From NCBI GenBank assembly GCA_964540145.1, contig CAZILS010000002.1, forward strand, positions 61,601 through 125,600: DNA of 64,000 bases, in the 5' to 3' direction. The DNA comes from an uncultured archaeon. GTDB taxonomy: Archaea; Iainarchaeota; Iainarchaeia; Iainarchaeales; CAZILS01. This document shows, in pieces, positions 29,400 through 37,329 of the stretch. The notes beneath the pieces were generated by a model that worked only from the letters and a program-made list of their open reading frames with translations, searched no databases and was not told the origin of the DNA. The stretch's first letter is position 1, and each line of letters opens with the position of its first letter. A program made the position numbers and the translations under genes.

Positions 29400-30657
29400 G
29401 CCTTACCGATTTATTAAAACTTTCCACCAGGATATCCTCATGGGGCCGGAGGATTTTCTAAAAGAGCGGTTTAGGTCATACTATTCAAAGGCCGAGGTTG
29501 AGGACCCGCCCGGAATTTCCGAGAGGGAGTTCGGCTATGGAACCTTCGGCAAGAAAATTTCAAACCGCCACCTTTCCTTTGAGGACAGGAAGGACCTCAA
29601 CTCCTTTCTCGTTAACGAAGTTCCGCTTTACATTTCCTGTTCATCGGCACGCTACAAATTTCCCGGAAGGAAGCCGATGTCCGCAAAGGAAAGTTTTTCG
29701 GTCGACCTAATTTATGAGTTTGACGCCGACGACCTGGAAACAAGCTGCAAGGAGAAACACGATTCATGGGAATGCAAGTGCGGCGAGCATGGAAAAGGGA
29801 GGGCGCTCCGCTGCCCGAAATGCGGCCAGCATACCTCCCTGAAAGAATGGGTCTGCCCGGAATGCCTTGGCGCCACCAAGAAACAAACATTAAAACTCCT
29901 CGGCTTTTTCGAGAACGATTTCAGCCTCACCGAAGGAATCTCCCTCAATTTCTCGGGCCATAAGGGATACCACATCCACGTGAGGAACGAGGAAATATCA
30001 AAACTTTCGCAGAGCGCCCGCATCGACCTCCTCGACTACCTCACCGCGCACAACCTCTCGCCGCAGCTAAGGGGCTTTACCCTTGATGGAAAGAAAATGC
30101 TTTGCCCGCCCCTCGGCAAGGCAGGAGGCTGGAACAGGAGAATCCTCGACAGGATAGTTTCCCTTCTTGAGGAGGAAGATGCGGACAGGATAGCGGTCTG
30201 GGGGAAGATTACAAAGGCGGAATCAAAACGGTTATTAAACGATAAGGACAAGATTATCACGGGGATGAAGGCGGGCCTGCTTTACCAGCTTCCCGGAAGG
30301 AAAACTGAAAAGTTCTGGCTTTCGCTTATAGAAGGATTGGTGGGGGACTTGGCGCTTGACATAGACAGGCAGACATCGGTTGACGCCTCAAAGATAGTAA
30401 GAGTTCCAAACACTTTGCACGGCAGCACAGGCCTGCTCGCAAAAACTTTTTCCCGGGAATCCCTGAAAAAGTTCCGCCCTCTCGAAGAAACAATCGTTTT
30501 CAGCGAAAATGCGGTTAAGGTTTCTTTCGGAGAGGAGTGCCCGCGCTTTATTTTGAACGGAAAAAACTTCGGCCCCTTCATAGAGAGTGCGGAACTCCCG
30601 GAATACGCGGCAATTTACTTACTTGGAAAAGGTGTGGCAGATGGAATTATCGTATGA
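29398..30657 (+). CDS. priS: DNA primase small (catalytic) subunit PriS
   Basis: 419 aa. IYEFDADD catalytic acidic motif, SGHKGYHIHV, zinc-binding CKCG...CPKCG...CPEC. The likely true start is the ATG at 29440 (MGPEDFLKERF), which has a TATA-like TTTATTAAAA about 25 nt upstream. Confidence 0.85.
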   Translation: MPYRFIKTFHQDILMGPEDFLKERFRSYYSKAEVEDPPGISEREFGYGTFGKKISNRHLSFEDRKDLNSFLVNEVPLYISCSSARYKFPGRKPMSAKESFSVDLIYEFDADDLETSCKEKHDSWECKCGEHGKGRALRCPKCGQHTSLKEWVCPECLGATKKQTLKLLGFFENDFSLTEGISLNFSGHKGYHIHVRNEEISKLSQSARIDLLDYLTAHNLSPQLRGFTLDGKKMLCPPLGKAGGWNRRILDRIVSLLEEEDADRIAVWGKITKAESKRLLNDKDKIITGMKAGLLYQLPGRKTEKFWLSLIEGLVGDLALDIDRQTSVDASKIVRVPNTLHGSTGLLAKTFSRESLKKFRPLEETIVFSENAVKVSFGEECPRFILNGKNFGPFIESAELPEYAAIYLLGKGVADGIIV

Positions 30658-31198
30658 GGAGATAAGAAGCATACACCGGCAGGAAAAGAACAGCAGCCGC
30701 CTCGTAAAACTTGACGAGGATTTCTATGCCCAGCTTTCCGCTTTCTTAACCCGGGAAAAAAAAGCATATTTCGACTCCTTGAAAGATTTTTCGGTCACAA
30801 AGGCAAGGAACTTCACCAACCTGAAAAGAATGGTTGAGGAGCTCTTTCTCCTCAGGGAAAAAAAAATTTTAGGGAAAGCCCTTATGATGAGCAGGAGCGG
30901 CGAGGCGAACAACGACCCCATTCCCATTGAAGAGGCACAGCTCCTGAAGAAAATCTCAAAGGACCTCGCCTCGCACAATTCGCTCCTAGATTCGCTGTTC
31001 AAGGGAAAAACAGAGAAAAAGCAGGCGGAGCCAAAAGCTTTAAGTAACCTTTCAATCAGGATTATCTCGGACGTTCCCTCTTTTGTGGGGGCGGACATGA
31101 AGGAATACGGCCCGTATTCCAAGGGGAAAACCGTTTCTCTGCCCGAAAAGATAGCGAAACTCCTCATGGAAAGAAAACTTGCGAAGGCCGAGAAATAG
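30641..31198 (+). CDS. gins51: GINS subunit Gins51 (Gins15)
   Basis: Start taken at MELSYEEIRSI (ORF track opens at 30587). LVKLDEDFYAQL and LREKKILGKAL form an A-domain pattern. The C-terminal B-domain reads IRIISDVPSFVGADMKEYGPYSKGKTVSLP. It overlaps the priS 3' end by 17 nt, and priS-gins51 adjacency is a known archaeal pattern. Confidence 0.7.
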   Translation: MELSYEEIRSIHRQEKNSSRLVKLDEDFYAQLSAFLTREKKAYFDSLKDFSVTKARNFTNLKRMVEELFLLREKKILGKALMMSRSGEANNDPIPIEEAQLLKKISKDLASHNSLLDSLFKGKTEKKQAEPKALSNLSIRIISDVPSFVGADMKEYGPYSKGKTVSLPEKIAKLLMERKLAKAEK

Positions 31199-31206
31199 GT
31201 GATTAA

Positions 31207-31401
31207 ATGGCTGATAATGTTTCCGTGCCCTCGCCGAAAACGCGCTTCCTAAAGGTTAAGTGCAACGGCTGCGGCAATGAGCAGGTTGTTTTCAACGCTC
31301 CCGCAACCAAGGTGCATTGCCTTGCCTGCAATAAGGAGCTAATCCTGCCTGCCGCAAGCAAGGGCATAGTGAAGGCAAAGGTTCTCAAAGTGATTGAATG
31401 A
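31207..31401 (+). CDS. rps27e: Ribosomal protein eS27 (S27e)
   Basis: 64 aa. Zinc ribbon CNGCGNEQVVF...VHCLACN. Confidence 0.9.
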   Translation: MADNVSVPSPKTRFLKVKCNGCGNEQVVFNAPATKVHCLACNKELILPAASKGIVKAKVLKVIE

Positions 31402-32186
31402 CCCAAAAAATCCCCGATATGCCGGACCGCGGCGAGATTGTGATATGCAGGGTAACAAAAATACTGGATTACGGTGTTTTTGCCGAGCTTCTGGATTTCG
31501 AGGGTTTGAGCGGGTTTGTGCACATTTCGCAGGTTGCGAGCTCATGGATCAAGAACATAAGGAACTTCGTCAAGGAGGGGCAGATAAGGGCTGCGAAAGT
31601 AGTCAATGTCGATTTCCAAAAAAGGCAGGTAGACCTTTCGCTTAACAGGGTTCCTCCCGCGGTCGAGAAAAGCAAGATTGACGAATGGAGGCAGATGAAA
31701 AAGCCAATACGGTTCATCGAGATAATGGCAAAGGAAAAGAAAACAGATTTCGACACCGCCTGGAAAGAAATTGCAGAGCCCCTTCTCAAAAATTATGATT
31801 CTTTGCACAATGCATTTGAGAAAATTTTGGTCGAGGGCGACAGCGCAGCCGAGGGAATATCCAAGGACTGGCTAAAAGTGGTTACGAAAGTCCTTTCCCA
31901 AAAAATGGCAATGCCGCGGAAAACAGTCCATGGAGAATTGGCACTTTCATCGATGGCTCCCGACGGCATTCTGGCCATCAAAAAAGCCCTGGCAAAAGGG
32001 AAAAAGGCGGCGCCTTCGGCAGAAGCTGCAGAGATGTATTATGCCGGCTCCGGAAAGTTCACTCTGAGCGTAACTTCGACAGACTACAAAAAAGCGGAAG
32101 CCGAAATGAAAGGAATTGCGGATGCGGTTATAAAGGAAATAACCTCCCACGGGGGCAAGGGAGAATTCACAAAAACGGAGAAATAA
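31398..32186 (+). CDS. eif2a: Translation initiation factor aIF2 alpha
   Basis: 262 aa. S1 domain GEIVICRVTKILDYGVFAELL...GFVHISQVA. ATGA overlap with rps27e. Confidence 0.9.
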   Translation: MTQKIPDMPDRGEIVICRVTKILDYGVFAELLDFEGLSGFVHISQVASSWIKNIRNFVKEGQIRAAKVVNVDFQKRQVDLSLNRVPPAVEKSKIDEWRQMKKPIRFIEIMAKEKKTDFDTAWKEIAEPLLKNYDSLHNAFEKILVEGDSAAEGISKDWLKVVTKVLSQKMAMPRKTVHGELALSSMAPDGILAIKKALAKGKKAAPSAEAAEMYYAGSGKFTLSVTSTDYKKAEAEMKGIADAVIKEITSHGGKGEFTKTEK

Positions 32187-32188
32187 AC

Positions 32189-32965
32189 ATGAACACGGAA
32201 TTTGTTTTCGCAAAAGACATGAAGTTCAGGAATGCGGTTCTCCTCACAGGCCTCCCCGGCATAGGGCTTGTCGGAAAAATCGCCGTCGATTACCTCCTCA
32301 AGCACCTGAAGGCTGTCAAGGTTGCGGACATTTACTCGGACACTTTCCCGCCGAGCGTGCAAAGCAAGAAGGGGATAGTCGAGCCCATCACAGACAAACT
32401 CTATTACTACAGCCACGATGGCAAGGATTATTTGTTCCTTGCGGGCCCTGTCCAGCCCTCCCTCGACATGAGGATGGGGGCTCCGGAGGAGCACTATGAA
32501 TTCGCTTACAGGATAATTGATGCGCTTAAGGCAAGGGGCGTAACAAAGATTTACACCCTCGCAGGGCTTAACGTCGGCGAGCGAAGAATGTCCTCAACCC
32601 CCAAAATAATTGTCGCCGCAACTTCCAAAAAAGCACTTGAGGAATGGACCAAGGCAGGGGCAAAGGTCGACAAGCCGGAAGGCCTTATCACGGGGGCGGC
32701 AGGCCTTATTCTGGGGGCGGGCCAGAGGCAGGGCCTTGAAGGGGCCTGTTTGATGGGGGAAACGAACGCAAAGCTGATTTACGGAGACCACGGGGCTGCA
32801 AAGGAAATGATTGCACTCCTAATCAAGAAATTCGGCTTCAAGATTGACATGAGCGGCATAGAGAAAGAGGCAAAGGAAATCGAGAAGGCCTTCAAGGAAT
32901 TGAGCAAGCAGTTTGAGGAAGAGCCGGAAGAAATGCCGAAGACAGGCCTTACCTACGTGCGCTAG
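32189..32965 (+). CDS. PAC2-family proteasome assembly chaperone-like protein
   Basis: 258 aa. AVLLTGLPGIGLVGKIAVDYL signature. The position after eif2a is conserved in archaea. Confidence 0.75.
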   Translation: MNTEFVFAKDMKFRNAVLLTGLPGIGLVGKIAVDYLLKHLKAVKVADIYSDTFPPSVQSKKGIVEPITDKLYYYSHDGKDYLFLAGPVQPSLDMRMGAPEEHYEFAYRIIDALKARGVTKIYTLAGLNVGERRMSSTPKIIVAATSKKALEEWTKAGAKVDKPEGLITGAAGLILGAGQRQGLEGACLMGETNAKLIYGDHGAAKEMIALLIKKFGFKIDMSGIEKEAKEIEKAFKELSKQFEEEPEEMPKTGLTYVR

Positions 32966-33008
32966 TTGCGGCAGCAACTTTTTTATAGCACAACAGCCTA
33001 TTGTCTGC

Positions 33009-33593
33009 ATGGTTGTTACGCCAAAGGAAGAAACAAAGCACATGCTCACCAAGAACATCGTTCTCCTAATGCTCACGCTGTTCGGCGCCTATGCATATGG
33101 AATTTTCCTTGTAATGATGTTCACAATAGGGCTTATTGCACTTTTTTCAATCCTTGTTTTCTTGGACCTTTTCAGTTATTTTGGCTTGCTTTGGGATTTC
33201 TCAATGAGCTTCAGCTCATCCAATGCCGAGGATGTCTCAAATGCATTAATCTTCATGAACTTCGTTGCAATTGCAGTTGGGCTTGCCGGAAAGTTTGCCT
33301 CAAAATTCACAACCAAGAAGCGCTATGAGCTAACGGAGAAGGTGTTTCTTCTGGCGAAACTTCTTGCCGCCTTTGGCTTAATTTCAGTTTTCTCTTTTGG
33401 GCTTCACGCAACGCTCAACCAGGGAATTTCCGACGGGATAATTGTTGCCCTGCCGATAGCTTTCCTCTATGCGGTGCTTTCGGTTGCCGCGGTAATAGTC
33501 TTTGTTTTCTCCGAGATTCTATATGCGATGCGCGACCAAATACTCGATGGGAAAGTAAAAGTCAGTACTCCCCCAAACTCTTCTGCCCGCTAA
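33009..33593 (+). CDS. Hypothetical multi-pass membrane protein
   Basis: The ORF track opens at 32913 inside the previous gene, so plausible starts are ATG 33009 or 33042 (MLTKNIVLLML). Five or six hydrophobic helices. Confidence 0.45.
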   Translation: MVVTPKEETKHMLTKNIVLLMLTLFGAYAYGIFLVMMFTIGLIALFSILVFLDLFSYFGLLWDFSMSFSSSNAEDVSNALIFMNFVAIAVGLAGKFASKFTTKKRYELTEKVFLLAKLLAAFGLISVFSFGLHATLNQGISDGIIVALPIAFLYAVLSVAAVIVFVFSEILYAMRDQILDGKVKVSTPPNSSAR

Positions 33594-34827
33594 GGTCTTT
33601 GCTGCCCTTGCTCTGCTCTTCAATTTCCCTCTCTTTCTTCGCAAGCGCCTCTTTGGAATGCGCAATGAACGGCTTCCCATAATTTCCACCGCCCCCTGGG
33701 GAATAAACAACATATCCTTTCCTGAACGACTCTATGTTCTTTGCTATGCCCCCGTCAATTTTCTCAAGCTCCTCGGCCTTCGCATCAATAAGCACCTCAA
33801 TCTCCGAGCCGAACTCCTGCACAAATTCCTTCCAGAAGTTCTGCACCTTCAGGGAGTTGACATTCTTAACGCCAACAGAAAGCTGGATGATCTCCGCCAA
33901 AGGGAGGATATGCATATAGGGCGGTCTGAAATCAGGGTGCTTTCCCTGTTCACAATCCGCCAACTCGAGTATCCTTTCCCTCACCCCCTTCTTTATTTGG
34001 CCTTTGCATTTCGGGCAGCTCCACCCCAGCATCTGCGCCTGTTCCATGCTGTACCGGACATAGCAGCTGTTGCAAGCTGTTCGATGATACTTCCCCTCTT
34101 TGGGGTCAAGCCCTGCGTTGAGCGTAACTCCCCCTGCCTTAAGCGCCTTCTCCAAACCCTTAAAACCGGGTTCTTTCATCCTCATCCTCGTGAACTCCCG
34201 CCCCATCCTGTGCGGCCACGGGCTGTGGGCATCACTCGAGGTAAGGAAATTGTAATTGTGGTTGTCTCTTATCATGTCCGCATAATCCGAATCAGCGCTC
34301 AAACCCAATTCCATGAACAGCACCTTCTCCCTCATCCCGCCATAGCACTCCCCCATCGAATCAAAATGCGCGTAAACCGAAAAATAGGGGGTGAAGGCAT
34401 GCGCCGGCCCCGCAATCGCCCCGACCTTTTCCGCCTCCTCGACAATCCTCTCCGGGCTTAGCCTCACCCTCGGCCTTCCGCAGCCCCACGAATCGAAAAT
34501 AGCCCTGCCTTTCATATTTTCCTTCATCTCGTCCGCAGCTTCCATAGACGGGAAATAAATCAAATGATGCACCCTGCTGTCGCTCTCCACCTCCGTGCTT
34601 ACAATGAAGGAAGTTTCCCGGTTTTGAAACCTGTATATTCCGTTCTCCTCCTCCCTCAGCTCTTCCCGCAAATGCCCCATCCACTTCCCGTGCAATGCAT
34701 CCGAGGTGCAAACAACCTCCAGCCCCTTCAGCCTCGCCTGCTCGGCAATAACAGGGATAAGCATGTTCTTGCTCACCCCTCCCGAATAAGGGCCGTGGAA
34801 GTGCAAATCGCAGTCGTACTCTTTCAT
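33562..34827 (-). CDS. endoQ: Endonuclease Q-like PHP-domain nuclease (TIGR00375-like)
   Basis: 421 aa. PHP motif CDLHFHGPYSGGVS, zinc finger CNSCYVRY...CPKCKG, C-terminal PIP-like QKSLGEY. Size and architecture match EndoQ. Confidence 0.6.
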   Translation of the reverse strand: MKEYDCDLHFHGPYSGGVSKNMLIPVIAEQARLKGLEVVCTSDALHGKWMGHLREELREEENGIYRFQNRETSFIVSTEVESDSRVHHLIYFPSMEAADEMKENMKGRAIFDSWGCGRPRVRLSPERIVEEAEKVGAIAGPAHAFTPYFSVYAHFDSMGECYGGMREKVLFMELGLSADSDYADMIRDNHNYNFLTSSDAHSPWPHRMGREFTRMRMKEPGFKGLEKALKAGGVTLNAGLDPKEGKYHRTACNSCYVRYSMEQAQMLGWSCPKCKGQIKKGVRERILELADCEQGKHPDFRPPYMHILPLAEIIQLSVGVKNVNSLKVQNFWKEFVQEFGSEIEVLIDAKAEELEKIDGGIAKNIESFRKGYVVYSPGGGGNYGKPFIAHSKEALAKKEREIEEQSKGSKDLSGQKSLGEY

Positions 34828-34953
34828 ACAGTTCCCGCCTTTTGCCCTTTCTTCCCCAAAGAAAAGCTGCCGCAGTCAAACTCCCTCATCAAAAAACCCA
34901 AATTATTCCCTATAATAATCTTTATTAATAAAGAGTAATAATATAGTCTGCAG

Positions 34954-35982
34954 ATGCAATCCCTGCCCGAAAACCATGAGCCGAAAGAGGCAATGCTCTA
35001 CAAGAAACTGACAGGAAACACTGTCCAATGCAGCCTGTGCAACCGCCACTGCACAATCGAGGAGGGGCAGTGCGGGAACTGCGGCATCCGCTGCAACTCA
35101 AACGGAAAGCTAATCGCCGAAACTTACGGCAGAACCTTGACAATGGAAATAGACCCTATTGAGAAGAAACCATTGTTCCATTTCAGGCCGGGAACACAGT
35201 GTTTGGGCATTAGCACATACGGCTGCAATTTCAAGTGCAAATTCTGCCAGAACTGGCACATCTCCCAGGCCTTCACAAGGGCAATGGTTCCGCAAGTGCC
35301 TTTTCGCAGCCCGGCCCAAATTGTGCAGGCAGCCCTCGATGCAGGGGTTGAAGGAATAGCCTACACCTACACCGAGCCAACTGTTTTCACGGAATATGCG
35401 CTTGAAACAATGAAGCTCGCAAGGCAAAGGGGCCTTTACAATGTTTGGGTGAGCAACGGCTACATGTCCAAAGAATGCGCGGAAAAGGCAATCCCCTGCC
35501 TCGACGCAATCAACATAGACCTAAAGGGAAACGACAAATTCTACGAGGAAATGTGCGGCAATGTGAAAAGGAAAGTTGTGCTCGAGAACATAAAAAGGTT
35601 TCACAATGCGGGCGTTCACCTTGAAGTAACCAACCTAATAATCCCGGGCTACAACGACAATACCTCGGACCTGCGAGAAGTTGCAAAATTTATCGCAGGC
35701 ATAAGCAAGGAAATTCCCCTTCATTTTTCGAGGTTCTTTCCCCATTGGAAATTGCGGGACAGGGAGCCAACGCCCGAAGCAACCATACATCGCGCTGTCG
35801 ATATAGCCGAGGAGGAAGGCCTCCACTATGTTTACAAGGGCAACCTTGCCGGGGTTGAGATAACCAAATGCAAGAAATGCGGCCACGAACTGATAAGGCG
35901 CGACTATTATACAACAACGCTAATCGGTCTTGACGGGGGAAGGTGCGGAAACTGCGGCTCTGAAAACAATATCATCGTTTAG
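34954..35982 (+). CDS. AmmeMemoRadiSam-system radical SAM enzyme (PFL-activase-like)
   Basis: 342 aa. N-terminal Cys cluster CSLCNRHC...CGNCG, radical SAM CNFKCKFCQNW, C-terminal CKKCG...CGNCG. Confidence 0.8.
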   Translation: MQSLPENHEPKEAMLYKKLTGNTVQCSLCNRHCTIEEGQCGNCGIRCNSNGKLIAETYGRTLTMEIDPIEKKPLFHFRPGTQCLGISTYGCNFKCKFCQNWHISQAFTRAMVPQVPFRSPAQIVQAALDAGVEGIAYTYTEPTVFTEYALETMKLARQRGLYNVWVSNGYMSKECAEKAIPCLDAINIDLKGNDKFYEEMCGNVKRKVVLENIKRFHNAGVHLEVTNLIIPGYNDNTSDLREVAKFIAGISKEIPLHFSRFFPHWKLRDREPTPEATIHRAVDIAEEEGLHYVYKGNLAGVEITKCKKCGHELIRRDYYTTTLIGLDGGRCGNCGSENNIIV

Positions 35983-36017
35983 TAAAACAGCTATCCCCGA
36001 GGAACGCAATCCTCGCA

Positions 36018-36362
36018 CTAAACAGCTATCCCCAAAAAGGCGAGGACCAACAGAACCCCTATCCCCGCAGGCCCGAACAGGACCGCGACAACAAGGCTGG
36101 GCAGAAAACTTAAAGGAACCTGGAGCAAAAAGACGACAACCGCCCAAGAAAGCAGCCCGAGAATCGAGTTAACAACAATTTTCTTCACGAAATAAATTAT
36201 CAAAACAGCCGCAACGATAAGGACAAGCCCCCCGACCAGAACGCCCCAGTTCGAGGCAAGCCCTGCGGCGTTCATTGCGGCATCGCCTGTCGCGCCCGCA
36301 AGCCCTGTGGCTGTGTTTGTAACTTCGCCCAGCTGGCTCCCAAAAGAAATGCCAAATCCCAT
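36018..36362 (-). CDS. Small membrane protein, BofA-like
   Basis: 114 aa. NSILGLLSW...FGPAGIGVLLVLAFLG resembles the BofA-family pattern. Weak call. Confidence 0.4.
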   Translation of the reverse strand: MGFGISFGSQLGEVTNTATGLAGATGDAAMNAAGLASNWGVLVGGLVLIVAAVLIIYFVKKIVVNSILGLLSWAVVVFLLQVPLSFLPSLVVAVLFGPAGIGVLLVLAFLGIAV

Positions 36363-36414
36363 ACCTATCTTAATGCAGGATAGTGCTTTAAACCTTTACC
36401 GCCATATTCAGTCC

Positions 36415-37047
36415 ATGGCACGCTTCACAGAACTGCAGAAATTGATAGGCAAATTATTAGTGGACAGCCCAAGCTCCCCCAAGGAACTTGCGGAAGAGAT
36501 AGGGATTAGCCAGGCCGAGCTTGAGAAGGCGGCGAAAGCTATGGAAGATATGAAGATGCTCACAAGGAACGGGAAAGGAGAACTGGTTATTTCCGAGAAG
36601 GTTGCCGAGGGCGTCCTAAAACGAAGGAAAGTTGCGGAAATAGATAAACATCCGATAAAGCTCAAGATAATAATCGAGGCACAGGCGGTGGATGATGAAC
36701 TCCTTGAGAGACAATTAAAGAATATAGAAGAAAGTATAAAGAAGGAAGAAATATTCGAGCTTTATGACAGCCAGCTCGCAAAAACAGTCAAAAGCGGCGA
36801 GCACTACGCAAGCTTCCTTGACATTACTTTATCAGTAAAAGATTTCCAGTCGCTTGCAAAACTTCTTTTTTCCTATGGGCCGAGCTCCATCGAGGTAATG
36901 AAACCAAGCAGGCTTGAGTTAACTGCGCAGGATTTGCAGGAAGGTTTGGTCGATATTGCGGACATGGTCCATGCCTACAACGATTACATCGCAACCAAAA
37001 TGAACCGCGAAGAACTCGAAGATTTCTACAAGAAGATATACCGATAG
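36415..37047 (+). CDS. Winged-helix DNA-binding protein with uncharacterised C-terminal domain
   Basis: Start taken at ATG 36415 (MARFTELQKLIG), with a TTTAAA box about 25 nt upstream. The ORF track opens at 36307, overlapping the divergent gene. The wHTH segment is SPKELAEEIGISQAELEKAAKAMEDMKMLTRNGKGELV. Confidence 0.5.
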   Translation: MARFTELQKLIGKLLVDSPSSPKELAEEIGISQAELEKAAKAMEDMKMLTRNGKGELVISEKVAEGVLKRRKVAEIDKHPIKLKIIIEAQAVDDELLERQLKNIEESIKKEEIFELYDSQLAKTVKSGEHYASFLDITLSVKDFQSLAKLLFSYGPSSIEVMKPSRLELTAQDLQEGLVDIADMVHAYNDYIATKMNREELEDFYKKIYR

Positions 37048-37188
37048 TTAGCTGTTCGACGAAATTTCAGGAAAATCGCCAAATCGGCGATAGCCGTAAC
37101 CACTATCCACAAACGCAGTAAAAGAATCCCCAAAAAACCGCTTTAAAATCCGAATTAAAGGCTGTTTATGCGGTTTTGGTACATTAAC

Positions 37189-37205
37189 CGAAAGGTATTT
37201 AAATA
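37189..37205 (+). promoter_or_regulatory. Candidate BRE/TATA (CGAAAGG-TATTTAAATA) for the S-layer gene
   Basis: A purine-rich stretch followed by TATTTAAATA lies about 125 nt upstream of ATG 37330. A second TTTAAAAT box lies at about 37142. Implies a long 5' leader. Confidence 0.35.
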
Positions 37206-37329
37206 AAGTCATGGTGAATAGTTAGAGCCTGCAAATACGTGTCTGTATGGACATGCATACCTGCGTGCAAGCGCAAGTGTGCCTTTGTACGGCGACTTAT
37301 CATGTAAAAAACGTGAGGTGAAAAAAAAC

